In this document: positions 18,473-27,441 of the stretch, in pieces
Layout: each line of letters begins with the position of its first letter
How positions within the stretch are numbered: the stretch's first letter is position 1
Assembly: GCA_038208955.1 (NCBI GenBank)
Contig: JBBQYF010000003.1
Coordinates: 1-36,726, forward strand
Direction: 5' to 3'
Source of the DNA: Elusimicrobiota bacterium
GTDB lineage: Bacteria > Elusimicrobiota > Elusimicrobia > 2-01-FULL-59-12
DNA length: 36,726 nt
Made by a program: the position numbers and the translations under genes
Notes under the pieces: generated by a model
The model's input: only the letters and a program-made list of their open reading frames with translations
Told to the model about the DNA's origin: nothing
Databases searched by the model: none

Positions 18473-19483
18473 TTAATGTCCGCTAGAAAGCAGCCGCGCG
18501 CCGGCCACCCAGTCGCGGCCCGTGCCCTTGGAAAGAATTCGATCGCCAAAAGGATAGCCGCGTCTTGTGATACGCCAGTAAAGCGCCCAATAAACACTGA
18601 CGGATCTTTCCAAGATCCAGAGGGGCGCGTACAAGGTGAGCCACCATGGGAAAAAAGCCCCCGCCGTTCCTCGCCGGCCGCGTTGCGCGATCGCCATCAC
18701 CGGCAAAAAAATAAGCGCGACAATGACCAGCGCGGTGATCGGTCCCCCTGCGCAGAGGCTGGCAACGAGGGCCGGAATGATCGCCAAGAAAAAAGCCGTT
18801 TTGAGCCGCATCACAAAGTCCTCATAAGCCTGCCGCGGGCGCTGTTCCCACCATTTAGTTATTGTCGGTGGTCGCTTTTCAATAAAGAGATCGGTGGCAA
18901 AATCGATGCTGGCCCCGGCGACAACAAAGTGTCGCACCATCTCTTCGTTGTCAAAAAGGACGTCCCCATCAAAAGCGCCCACGCGGCGAAACGCGCTCTT
19001 GCGAAATCCGCAGGTGCCAGAGTAGTCGCCCGTCGAAAGAAAACCGCGGTTAAGCAGCATCCGCGCGGATTCCAGCCGCGCCCACCAGGTCAAAGAATAA
19101 CCGCGGGGTCCAGCGGGAAAATAATTCTGCGGGCGCACCAGCTCAGCCGACTCGAGTCGTCGGTAAATCTCGGAAAGGCCGTGGGCGTCATAGCGGATAT
19201 CGTCATCAGCGACGACAGTGGCGTCAAAGCTGGAAAAGGACAGACCCGTATGAATACCGTTGACCTTCCCGTTTAAATAACCATATTTACCATCGGCGGC
19301 GATGTGCCGCGCGTGGCTTGACCAAGCGGCATGGTGAAGAGCAAAAATAGAGGCGGGCGACCCATCGATAACCAAGATCTCGCAGCCGGTCTGAGCGAGG
19401 CTCCGCAAGTAAGAGGCGATTTCTTGAATGTCGCTAGGAACCAGGCCTGCGCGTCGAATTGGAAGGATGTAACTGAGCTTCAT
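18473..19483 (-). CDS. Membrane-associated GT2/GT21-like glycosyltransferase
   Basis: ILVIDGS, NGKVNG, ADDD (DxD), QRPRQ (QxxRW-like), C-terminal TM helices; ATGA overlap at 19480-19483. Confidence 0.8.
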   Translation of the reverse strand: MKLSYILPIRRAGLVPSDIQEIASYLRSLAQTGCEILVIDGSPASIFALHHAAWSSHARHIAADGKYGYLNGKVNGIHTGLSFSSFDATVVADDDIRYDAHGLSEIYRRLESAELVRPQNYFPAGPRGYSLTWWARLESARMLLNRGFLSTGDYSGTCGFRKSAFRRVGAFDGDVLFDNEEMVRHFVVAGASIDFATDLFIEKRPPTITKWWEQRPRQAYEDFVMRLKTAFFLAIIPALVASLCAGGPITALVIVALIFLPVMAIAQRGRRGTAGAFFPWWLTLYAPLWILERSVSVYWALYWRITRRGYPFGDRILSKGTGRDWVAGARLLSSGH

Positions 19484-20550
19484 TGCGAGGCGTCGCGACA
19501 AAGACGAGTGACGGCCGCACCGGCGCGGTCGCTTATCATGCGTTGCTGATCATAACCCCAAACGATTTCCCAAGCGTCGTGGGGGTGCATGGCGGCCAGC
19601 GGCAATGCCACATCATTAATCATCCATTGGCCGTGCCGCTCGTCTTCACGAATATGGAGCGCCCAATACCCGCCCGCCGCCGCCCCCAACTTCAGTCGCT
19701 CTGCCGCGGCTTGATAGGGGCGGAAGGCTGCGGGCACGGCTGTCTCGAAATAAAGAAGGCCGCCGATATACCGCAGGTAAAACCGTTTCCGCTCAGAGAG
19801 CAGGAAGCTTTGCGTAATCCCAGCCAATACCTGCCAAGGCACGACGTTCAGATAAGCTTCCGGTCGAGAATCCATCCCCAGTTCGTCCAGCATGGCTTTA
19901 AAATAAGATGAATGTTTACGGCGTAATTGACCTCCGCCATATTCCTCGACGATTAGCCGGGTTAACATCGCGTGCACTTGGTTTGACGCCCCGCCAAGCA
20001 CGCGCGAGAGTTGGCTCGCCTCAACCAGCCCATCCAGAGACGCAATTTCCAATAGACATCGGTAGCCCGGGAGAGTGACCTGGTCTTGATAGAACAATCC
20101 ATCGGCCGAGATTGGAGGATTTAGATCGCGCGAGACCCGTTGCCGCAAAGCAGCCACAACATCAAGGGCGGGAGACGTCGGAGAGCATTGGGTGTTTTCC
20201 CAGTTCTGCCAGGGCATCTCGATCCGGTCGCGCACGTCTCGCAAATAACGCGAACGTTCGTTCGCGTAATTGGTTAAGTCGTCGAACCAAAAAAGCTTCA
20301 GCCGGTAGACGCTGTAAAGAATGCGTTGCAAAAAAAGGCGCGAGCGGTCTTTCGCGCCGGGTCGGAAAGCCTCGGACAAGGCTAATTCAAGGGCTCGCTC
20401 AAACTCTCCAAGAGAAGAAGGCTCGCGTTCCACAACTTCATCAATGTTGGGCAAAGAGATAAATTGGCGAAAACGGTATTCGGCTTGAGCGTAAATGTCG
20501 CGCGGTTGCTGCCGGCGGTCGGTCGCAGGCGTTTTAAAGAGCGATGACAT
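19480..20550 (-). CDS. Heme-oxygenase-like diiron ('iron-containing redox enzyme', HDO) family protein
   Basis: AGGAGG RBS. Candidate ligands EEYGGG...KH, FE, HIREDERH in an all-helical sequence. Confidence 0.82.
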   Translation of the reverse strand: MSSLFKTPATDRRQQPRDIYAQAEYRFRQFISLPNIDEVVEREPSSLGEFERALELALSEAFRPGAKDRSRLFLQRILYSVYRLKLFWFDDLTNYANERSRYLRDVRDRIEMPWQNWENTQCSPTSPALDVVAALRQRVSRDLNPPISADGLFYQDQVTLPGYRCLLEIASLDGLVEASQLSRVLGGASNQVHAMLTRLIVEEYGGGQLRRKHSSYFKAMLDELGMDSRPEAYLNVVPWQVLAGITQSFLLSERKRFYLRYIGGLLYFETAVPAAFRPYQAAAERLKLGAAAGGYWALHIREDERHGQWMINDVALPLAAMHPHDAWEIVWGYDQQRMISDRAGAAVTRLCRDASQ

Positions 20551-20688
20551 AAGACCTCCTGGATTGGAATTGTCCGCAGTTGGGACGACGATGCAGTTGT
20601 CGTATTATTTCTGACACGTATTTATTCGGACCCGTTACAGGAAGAGAAACGATCCGCTCTTCAGAAGAATCATGACGCGGTTTAACGG

Positions 20689-20729
20689 AAAAAGGGGACG
20701 GGCCAGCAAGCCGGAGGTCGCCGTGCCCC
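20689..20729 (-). terminator. Probable rho-independent terminator
   Basis: Minus strand GGGG(C)ACGG...CCGTCCCC imperfect stem followed by T5, just after the 20738 stop. Confidence 0.5.
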
Positions 20730-20737
20730 GTAGACGG

Positions 20738-20884
20738 CTAGCGTTTTTTGGACCGCTTAGCCATTTTACGGGCCGGCAACCGCCGGCGGGGAGTGGAATC
20801 TTTCCGAACGGACTGCCCAGCCACCTCGACTATAGAGGCACTTTGAACATCGGCTTTTCGGGCGGGTTTGAGCTCTTCCTGCAT
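20738..20884 (-). CDS. Small basic protein (48 aa), below the ORF-track cutoff
   Basis: Translated by hand: MQEELKPARKADVQSASIVEVAGQSVRKDSTPRRRLPARKMAKRSKKR. Starts 14 nt after the upstream stop and ends just before a terminator-like hairpin; RBS is weak. Confidence 0.45.
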   Translation of the reverse strand: MQEELKPARKADVQSASIVEVAGQSVRKDSTPRRRLPARKMAKRSKKR

Positions 20885-20898
20885 AGGGCGCCTATTGA

Positions 20899-21189
20899 TT
20901 ACGCTTGGTTGTAGCGATCGTTCCCTTCGAGCTTAACCAACTTATTGTAAATGCCCAGCAACAAAAATGTCGGAGCCCATAGCCCCACAAAATTGGCCCC
21001 AGGCCGCGTCCGGCGATTGAGTGCTAGGCTTGCCGACAATGCAATGCTTCCCAAGGCCAGGTTTAGGAAAAGCATCGACGGAAGCTTCGCCGTTTGATTC
21101 TCGATCTGCTTTGTTAGCTTGCCTTCTTGAATTGGCTGGGTCGCGACGTTTTCGACAACTTGTTGGGCGGTTTCTTTAATCGAGTTCAT
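20899..21189 (-). CDS. Small conserved membrane protein
   Basis: GGAGA RBS before ATG 21189; EGKLTKQIENQTAKLPS, then two hydrophobic segments ending FVGLWAPTFLLLGIYNKLVK. Confidence 0.75.
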   Translation of the reverse strand: MNSIKETAQQVVENVATQPIQEGKLTKQIENQTAKLPSMLFLNLALGSIALSASLALNRRTRPGANFVGLWAPTFLLLGIYNKLVKLEGNDRYNQA

Positions 21190-21321
21190 AATCTCTCCAA
21201 CTTTCCCGCAACCTAACCACACACGACTGGATGCGTGGATGAGGATTGGACAGTCTGCTAAATCATCCGGTTACAAAAAGCCGCGGTTTCTGAAAATAGG
21301 ACAATCAAACGAATTGCTACC

Positions 21322-22485
21322 ATGGTTTTAGTGACGAAATCGTTTGATCCTGATCATTTCCTGAAGCACTATTGGCAAAAAAAGCCGGCGCTGATTCGCC
21401 GGGCGTTTCCCGGTTTCCAGGATCCGGTAACGCCCGATGAATTGGCGGGACTTTCGCTCGAGCCCGAGGTGGATTCGCGTCTCGTCATGCAGCGCGGGGG
21501 AAAGAAACCTTGGCAGGTGGTGCATGGCCCGCAACGAAGCGCGGTGCTGCGCCGGCTGCCTGTGAGCCATTGGACGCTGCTGGTTCAAGGGGTCGACCGC
21601 TACGTTCCGGGGGTCGCTGCGTTGCTCGAGCAGTTCCGTTTCATTCCCGATTGGCGCGTCGAAGATATCATGATTAGTTTCGCGCCCCGTGGCGGAACGG
21701 TCGGGCCGCACATCGACAGTTACGATGTTTTTTTATTGCAAGGAAAAGGTCGCCGGCGATGGTGTTTGGATAGCCAAGCGTCGAGCGATTTAATACCGGA
21801 CCTCGACCTCCGCATTCTGAAACATTTCCATGCCAGGCAAGATTGGGTTCTCGAAACCGGTGACATGCTTTACTTGCCGCCTGGGCTCGCCCATTACGGC
21901 ACGGCTCTCGAGGAATGCCTCACTTATTCGGTGGGATTTCGTGCGCCCTCGTCGATGGAGATGCTTATTGCGGCGCAAGAGCGACTGGCCAAAAGCGAGC
22001 AACCGGATATTCGCTATAGCGACCCTGATTTAAAGAGAGTTGTTAATCGAGCCGAAATTTCGCGGACGGCCATCGTTCAATTCCGAAAGTTGCTTACCGA
22101 GAGCTTGAGCCGCCTGGGCGATCAGGACTTCAACAGCCTTATTGGCGAGCTCTTAACGCAACAAAAAGGAGCCACGTTGGATGAGGAATTGTCCGTCGAT
22201 GCGGCCACCCTGCGGTCACGATTGCGAAAGGGTTGGCTGTTATCGCGTCGTCCGGGAAGCCGATTGGCTTATATCAAGCGTGGCGCCGCCGTTGACTTTT
22301 TTGCCGATGGCCGGCGATACGCGCTAAACGGTAAGCTCGCGCCAATGGCCCAACTCCTGACAAGTCGGCCTCAATTCGCCTCGGTCACGTTTTTGTCGAG
22401 CCTTCGAAATCGGGACTTTGTACGGCTGATGACGAAGCTTGTCAGCGCGGGCACCTTTCAGCTTAGTAAGCCAAAGCACCCATGA
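21322..22485 (+). CDS. roxA: JmjC/cupin 2OG-Fe(II) oxygenase, RoxA/YcfD family (ribosomal protein uL16 hydroxylase-like)
   Basis: FLKHYWQKKP, ELAGL, WTLLVQ, FIPDWR..DIMIS, VGPHIDSYDVFLLQ (HxD), GDMLYLPPG.AH, YSVGFRAP. The true start may be GTG 21331. Confidence 0.88.
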   Translation: MVLVTKSFDPDHFLKHYWQKKPALIRRAFPGFQDPVTPDELAGLSLEPEVDSRLVMQRGGKKPWQVVHGPQRSAVLRRLPVSHWTLLVQGVDRYVPGVAALLEQFRFIPDWRVEDIMISFAPRGGTVGPHIDSYDVFLLQGKGRRRWCLDSQASSDLIPDLDLRILKHFHARQDWVLETGDMLYLPPGLAHYGTALEECLTYSVGFRAPSSMEMLIAAQERLAKSEQPDIRYSDPDLKRVVNRAEISRTAIVQFRKLLTESLSRLGDQDFNSLIGELLTQQKGATLDEELSVDAATLRSRLRKGWLLSRRPGSRLAYIKRGAAVDFFADGRRYALNGKLAPMAQLLTSRPQFASVTFLSSLRNRDFVRLMTKLVSAGTFQLSKPKHP

Positions 22486-22943
22486 AACCACCCCCAACCA
22501 TCACCAGTAACGAATGGTGCCATGCGGCGCCGTCGAAGATTCATGGGCTTGGACTTTTTGCCCGTCTGACGATTCCCTTCGCCACGGCCATCGTGGAATA
22601 TGCCGGCCCGCGGATAGCGATCCGCGCGGGCAAGGAAATGGCGGAGGCGGGAAATGTCTTTGTGTTCCGCGCGAACCGGAGGGAATTCATCGACGGTTCT
22701 GTGTCACACAATCTCGCGCGTTATGCCAACCATTCCTGTCAACCGAACGCCGCGAGCGTCCGAGTCGAGGGGCAAATATGGCTCCGAGCGAAGCGGACCA
22801 TCGCGAAAGGCGAAGAAATCACCTACGACTACGGTTTCACTTTCCGCGACACCCCAACGGTCTGTAGTTGTCATTCCCCCGGCTGTATCGGTGTCATTGT
22901 TGCGGCGCGCCACCGGGCCGCGATGGGTCGGCTGCGCCACTGA
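22482..22943 (+). CDS. SET-domain protein-lysine methyltransferase with post-SET cysteines
   Basis: SKIHGLGLFA, EYAG, ARYANHSCQPN, GEEITYDYG, CSCHSPGC; ATGA overlap with roxA. Confidence 0.92.
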   Translation: MKPPPTITSNEWCHAAPSKIHGLGLFARLTIPFATAIVEYAGPRIAIRAGKEMAEAGNVFVFRANRREFIDGSVSHNLARYANHSCQPNAASVRVEGQIWLRAKRTIAKGEEITYDYGFTFRDTPTVCSCHSPGCIGVIVAARHRAAMGRLRH

Positions 22944-22950
22944 CGAGGAG

Positions 22951-23550
22951 TTAGCTCAGGGCTTCAGCCACGCGGCCAATCAATGCGGCGCCGGGCTTGA
23001 GCGTTTTATCTCCGGTCGACCAATTGGCGGGACAGGCTTCATCCGGGTGGTTCATGAGATAGGCGTTGGCCTTCATTTTCCGGACGAGTTCTTCGGCGCT
23101 GCGCCCGACATTGTAGAAATTCACTTCCGAGCTCACCAGTTTTCCGTCGGGGTTAATCAGAAAAGTGCCGCGCAGCGACAAACCCGTCGACTCGTCCGAG
23201 ACGCCGAAGAGCCGCGAGACCGCGCCGGTGGTATCGGAGGCCATTAAGAACCGGATACGCGACAGCAGCTTCTCTTCGCGTTGCCAAGCCAAATGCACGT
23301 ATATTGTGTCGCGAGAGACGGAGACGACCTGAGCGCCGGCCGCTTCCAGTTCATCGTTGAATGCGCCCACGTCTGCCAATTCCGTCGGGCAAACAAAGGT
23401 GTAATCGGCCGGATAAAAAACGAGAATAGTCCATTTTCCGTTCTTCTTGGCATCTTCGAGCGAAAACAGGCCGAACGATTTTTCCTTTGGGTCGTACGTT
23501 TCCATTTTAAAGTTTGGCACATCCTGTCCGATCTGAATGGCGGAAGTCAT
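22951..23550 (-). CDS. ahpC: Typical 2-Cys peroxiredoxin
   Basis: AAGGAG RBS before ATG 23550; FYPADYTFVCPTE, RGTF, GR, EACPANW. Confidence 0.93.
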   Translation of the reverse strand: MTSAIQIGQDVPNFKMETYDPKEKSFGLFSLEDAKKNGKWTILVFYPADYTFVCPTELADVGAFNDELEAAGAQVVSVSRDTIYVHLAWQREEKLLSRIRFLMASDTTGAVSRLFGVSDESTGLSLRGTFLINPDGKLVSSEVNFYNVGRSAEELVRKMKANAYLMNHPDEACPANWSTGDKTLKPGAALIGRVAEALS

Positions 23551-23572
23551 ATAAACGTCTCCTTGTTTTGAA

Positions 23573-24532
23573 TTAAACGGCTGCGACGTGGTGCGATTCT
23601 TGCGTTTCGAGCCAGCGCGCCACTTGAATCGCCGCCATGCATCCCTGACCGGCGGCGGTGATGGCTTGGCGATAGATATGGTCGACGCAATCGCCGGCGG
23701 CGAATACGCCCGGAACGTTGGTGCGCGTATGCCCGTCGGTAGCGACATAGCCGACGCTGTCAAGATCAATCTGATCTTGAAATAATTCGGTGTTGGGTTT
23801 ATGCCCGATCGCGAGAAAAAGGCCGGACGCGGCAATTTCTTCTTCCGCACCCGTCGCGATGTTTCGAATCTTCAGTTTTTCCAACAAATCGCTGCCGACG
23901 GTGTCGACCAAGACGTAGGGAGTTTTCCAATGAATCTTGGGATTGGCGCGTGCGCGGTCGATCATTACTTTCGAAGCCCGAAATTCGTCGCGGCGATGCA
24001 ACAGGACGACTTCGGAGCCGAACCGGGCGAGGAACAGGGCTTCTTCCATCGCGGTGTCCCCGCCGCCAATGACGGCGATCGGCTTATTGCGAAAAATCGG
24101 CAGCGCCCCGTCACAGGTCGCGCAGGCTGAAATCCCACGATTCCAGTAACGAGTTTCGGCTTCGCTGTTGAGTCGCAAGGCGGCCGCACCGGTCGAGATG
24201 ATGATCGATTCGGCTAGGTAGGTTTCCTCTTCCGCAAAGACCTTGAACGGCCGCGAGGTAAAATCGACGCGCTCGACATCCTTATCCAGGACGACCGCTC
24301 CGAAGCGGATCGCTTGGGCACGGCAACGGGCCATGAGTTCAGGCCCCTGAATGCCCTCTGGGAAACCCGGAAAGTTTTCAACTTCCGTCGTGGTCATCAG
24401 CTGGCCGCCCGACTGCCCCCCCTTAATAAATCCTCCGAGGATAAGCGGTTTGAGATCAGCGCGCGCCGCATAGAGGGCGGCGGTATAACCCGCGGGACCG
24501 GAACCGATGATGATCGTTTTGTGGATAGCCAT
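23573..24532 (-). CDS. trxB: Thioredoxin-disulfide reductase
   Basis: IIGSGPAGYTAA, GGQL..TT.VENFPGF, CATC, GGGDTAMEEA, HRR, YRQAITAAG; AGGAGG RBS. Confidence 0.96.
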   Translation of the reverse strand: MAIHKTIIIGSGPAGYTAALYAARADLKPLILGGFIKGGQSGGQLMTTTEVENFPGFPEGIQGPELMARCRAQAIRFGAVVLDKDVERVDFTSRPFKVFAEEETYLAESIIISTGAAALRLNSEAETRYWNRGISACATCDGALPIFRNKPIAVIGGGDTAMEEALFLARFGSEVVLLHRRDEFRASKVMIDRARANPKIHWKTPYVLVDTVGSDLLEKLKIRNIATGAEEEIAASGLFLAIGHKPNTELFQDQIDLDSVGYVATDGHTRTNVPGVFAAGDCVDHIYRQAITAAGQGCMAAIQVARWLETQESHHVAAV

Positions 24533-24585
24533 GACGCTTAATTCCTCCTAATCGTTTTCCTGTAAGTACTCTACCACTCTTGTGA

Positions 24586-24611
24586 CTATTTATCCAATAG
24601 ATGCTATCTCT
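24586..24611. promoter_or_regulatory. Putative OxyR binding site
   Basis: CTAT-N7-ATAG-N7-CTCT between the divergent trxB and oxyR genes: three of the four boxes of the ATAG-N7-CTAT-N7-ATAG-N7-CTAT consensus, one with a mismatch. Confidence 0.6.
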
Positions 24612-24658
24612 TGCTATCATTTACAGGAGCAATTAACACATCCTGGGAGGCAGACCCG

Positions 24659-25552
24659 ATGGACCTTCAGCAACTTCGCTATATTATCGCAGTAAACCGC
24701 GAGCGACATTTCCAGAAAGCCGCGCGCCGGGCGGGGATTAGCCAGCCCACTTTAAGTTTGCAGATTCAAAAACTTGAGAAAGAGCTGGGAGTACTACTCT
24801 TCGAGCGGTCGCCCCACAGGGTCAGCCTGACCGCTGCGGGGGAGAAATTTATACCCCAAGCTCAGGCGCTACTCGAGTCTTTGGATAAAGCCGTGGTTGA
24901 TCTTAAAGAACGATCGAATGAGGTGGCCGGCCGAATCCGATTGGCGGCAATCCCGACGGTCGGTCCTTACCTGCTGCCCGGAGTAATCCAATCGTTTTCG
25001 CGTTTGGCGCCCAAGGTCACGCTCGAAATGCATGATCTGACAACATCGCTATTACTCGAGTATCTTAAGGACGGGCGCGTAGACCTCGGGATTTTAGCCT
25101 TGCCCATCGAGACGTCCGGGATGTTGTTTCGTTCTTTAGGAAACGAGTCCTTCCTTCTCGCAGTGGCGCGACGCCACCCGTTAGCGAAAAAAAAACAGAT
25201 CACGACCAAGGAAATTCTGGCCGAACGGATGCTGATTTTACAGGAGGGTCATTGCTTCCGCAACCAGACGCTTTCTTACTGCAAAATATCCGCTCAAGAT
25301 CCCCAGATCGTGTTTCAGGGAAGTAGCCTCACATCGGTGATGCGGTTAACAGCCGCCGGGAACGGCGTCACCCTCGTCCCGCGCATGGCGGCAGAGCCCC
25401 GTCAGAACCCTGATTTGGTCTTTATCCCCTTTGCGAAACCCGGTCCCTCTCGTGAGCTGGGGATCGTCTGGCGGATTACCACTCCCCTCACCCGCGCGCA
25501 TCATCTCCTCATCGATAGCATCGAAACCGCCTTTCAAAACCAGTTGCAGTAG
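24659..25552 (+). CDS. oxyR: LysR-family H2O2 sensor
   Basis: GGAGG RBS; LysR HTH (HFQKAA...SQPTLS.QI.KLE); IPTVGPYLLP; both redox cysteines in EGHCFRNQTLSYC; divergent from trxB-ahpC. Confidence 0.92.
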   Translation: MDLQQLRYIIAVNRERHFQKAARRAGISQPTLSLQIQKLEKELGVLLFERSPHRVSLTAAGEKFIPQAQALLESLDKAVVDLKERSNEVAGRIRLAAIPTVGPYLLPGVIQSFSRLAPKVTLEMHDLTTSLLLEYLKDGRVDLGILALPIETSGMLFRSLGNESFLLAVARRHPLAKKKQITTKEILAERMLILQEGHCFRNQTLSYCKISAQDPQIVFQGSSLTSVMRLTAAGNGVTLVPRMAAEPRQNPDLVFIPFAKPGPSRELGIVWRITTPLTRAHHLLIDSIETAFQNQLQ

Positions 25553-25603
25553 GCGGGCGCTGTCTGCAACATGGCTGTAACATTATTAAGATAGGCTAGA
25601 AGT

Positions 25604-26107
25604 GTGAACGACCGCTTGGTTTGTTGTTACCGCGTCAATATGGATGGGCAAGTGGTGGGGCCTTATCCTTTGCACAATCTTCGCCGGCTGCCGGGGTTTA
25701 CCCTCCAGACGCCGGTGCAGCTTGAAGGCACTAACGAGTGGAACCCCGCTTTTCAGGTGCTTGACTTAAAAGCCTATTTTGCTAATCCCGTTCGGACATC
25801 TTTCGAGCAAACGGCTGCTCCCCAACAGTCTCTAAACCTGATGATCAAGGGATTCGATTCGGCGAGCCTGCCGCCGGTCAAGCGTCGCCGGAACGCTTTA
25901 CCGCTGATGCTTCTCGCCTTAATGTTTTTGGCTTCAGTGGCGTGGAAAGTGTTGGGTACGGCGGAAATCAAAGCAACAATTGCTCAAACCGAAATTTGGG
26001 CTATGGGTTTGTTTAATAAACCGCTGTTGTCCATTCGATTGACGGCGATGACGCGGGGACTTCAAGAGCGTACCGCCCTGCTTTTCAAACACACCGCTAA
26101 CTTATAA
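25604..26107 (+). CDS. Membrane protein with an N-terminal GYF_2 (DUF4339)-like domain
   Basis: DGQVVGPYP...TPV..EG..EW.PA pattern followed by one TM helix (LPLMLLALMFLASVAW). Confidence 0.65.
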   Translation: MNDRLVCCYRVNMDGQVVGPYPLHNLRRLPGFTLQTPVQLEGTNEWNPAFQVLDLKAYFANPVRTSFEQTAAPQQSLNLMIKGFDSASLPPVKRRRNALPLMLLALMFLASVAWKVLGTAEIKATIAQTEIWAMGLFNKPLLSIRLTAMTRGLQERTALLFKHTANL

Positions 26108-26131
26108 CGCCGATCTCATAAGCGAGAGACA

Positions 26132-26920
26132 TCATTTTCTCTTCGCCGCCGGAACGGAAAATTCCGCCCAAATAACCGTGTGATCGGAGGGTTCTTTAGC
26201 TTTACGAGGAGCCATGTCCACTTCGATCCGCTTGCAACGAGCCGCAAGACCCTGCGTCGCCAGGATGTGATCCAACCGCCATCCGTAGTTATGCTCCAAC
26301 ATCCCCCGCCAATAATCCCAATAGGTATATTGAACGCGGTCCGGATATTTTTCGCGGAACACGTCGACGAACCCCCAAGCGAGAGTTTCTTTATAGGCTT
26401 TTCGTGCCCGCGGATCAAAGCAGGGATCGGTTAAACGCCGATCCGGATGATAGACGTCGATCGGCTCGGGTGCGACATTCATATCGCCAATCCAAAGCGC
26501 GGGCTTTGCCGGATCCAGATGGCGGTCAAGAAAACCTCGCAATCGCTTGAACCACTCGAGTTTAAATGTAAATCGGGCGGTGGCGATGTCCGTGCCTTGT
26601 GGAACGTAGGTATTGATCACGGGCAGCCCCGCAAAAACGGTTAGCAATAAGCGCGGATCTTCATAGGCACTTTTTTTCTCTAACCCCCGAATAACCGAAT
26701 CGGGTTTCTGACGCGATAGGGTCGCGACGCCGGCGTATCCGGCCAGCCCGTTCGTTTCAACATGGTAGCCCAAATCGCGGATGGCAGCGACGGGAAAAGC
26801 GGCGTCGGAAACCTTGGTTTCTTGCAGGCACAACACGTCGGGTTGATGGGCGCTCAGCCAGGCCAACACGTGTGGCAAGCGTTTGCGAACGGAATTAACG
26901 TTGAAAGTTGCGATTATCAT
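26132..26920 (-). CDS. xth: Exodeoxyribonuclease III / AP endonuclease
   Basis: ATFNVNS, DVLCLQETK, YVPQG, GDMNVA, YTYWDY, GWRLDH, SDH. Confidence 0.95.
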   Translation of the reverse strand: MIIATFNVNSVRKRLPHVLAWLSAHQPDVLCLQETKVSDAAFPVAAIRDLGYHVETNGLAGYAGVATLSRQKPDSVIRGLEKKSAYEDPRLLLTVFAGLPVINTYVPQGTDIATARFTFKLEWFKRLRGFLDRHLDPAKPALWIGDMNVAPEPIDVYHPDRRLTDPCFDPRARKAYKETLAWGFVDVFREKYPDRVQYTYWDYWRGMLEHNYGWRLDHILATQGLAARCKRIEVDMAPRKAKEPSDHTVIWAEFSVPAAKRK

Positions 26921-26932
26921 GCGGGGTTCTAG

Positions 26933-27436
26933 TTAATGGCCGGTCGTTGATTTGCGGGGAAAATTGCCGATATCTTTAGAAGCCGCACTCCACCCGACGA
27001 GACCGGCGGTGGCCGCACCCGATAGCAATGTTAAAAACAACCACAGCGAGGACTGTGGGTCACTGTCGACCGGAGCGAATACAGTCCCCCCTGGGGGAGC
27101 CGCCATTTGAAGCATCGCGACAGCGGTCGCCCACACGAATAGACCATGCAATGCGCTGTCTCCGCGAGAAGGAATTGCCGCCGCCCGAGCCCCCACATGA
27201 CCACCAATAGAAAGACTCAGGCAGAAGGTCATTAACTTCCAAAAGCTTGCCGCTCCGCTCGGAGGGAGGGTAATGTCGAGCGCCCGACCTAACACCGCTA
27301 GCGTAAAGTAAATGGACAAAGCTAAAACCGTTCCGGCTCCAATGGCTGGCCAAGAAATTCGCCGTAACAAGTGTGCGGCAATGATCGAAGGCGCAACCCG
27401 TCTTTCGAGGGGGCTGCGCCTTTCTTCGTCGGACAA
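26933..27436 (-). CDS. Hypothetical 4-TM membrane protein
   Basis: RISWPAIGAG...LHGLFVWA pattern and four hydrophobic segments; TTG start 5 nt after the upstream stop. Confidence 0.7.
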   Translation of the reverse strand: MSDEERRSPLERRVAPSIIAAHLLRRISWPAIGAGTVLALSIYFTLAVLGRALDITLPPSGAASFWKLMTFCLSLSIGGHVGARAAAIPSRGDSALHGLFVWATAVAMLQMAAPPGGTVFAPVDSDPQSSLWLFLTLLSGAATAGLVGWSAASKDIGNFPRKSTTGH

Positions 27437-27441
27437 GTCGA

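Noticed and set aside
18362-19276. 304-aa plus-strand ORF
   Set aside because: Antisense to the glycosyltransferase, with Arg/Pro/Ala-rich shadow composition.
20672-20914. 80-aa plus-strand ORF
   Set aside because: No RBS and crosses a terminator-like hairpin; the minus-strand 48-aa ORF fits the local gene orientation better.
23551-23850. 100-aa N-terminal extension making AhpC 299 aa (possible trxB-ahpC frameshift fusion)
   Set aside because: It overlaps trxB in another frame; trxB has a normal end and ahpC has its own RBS and ATG at 23550.
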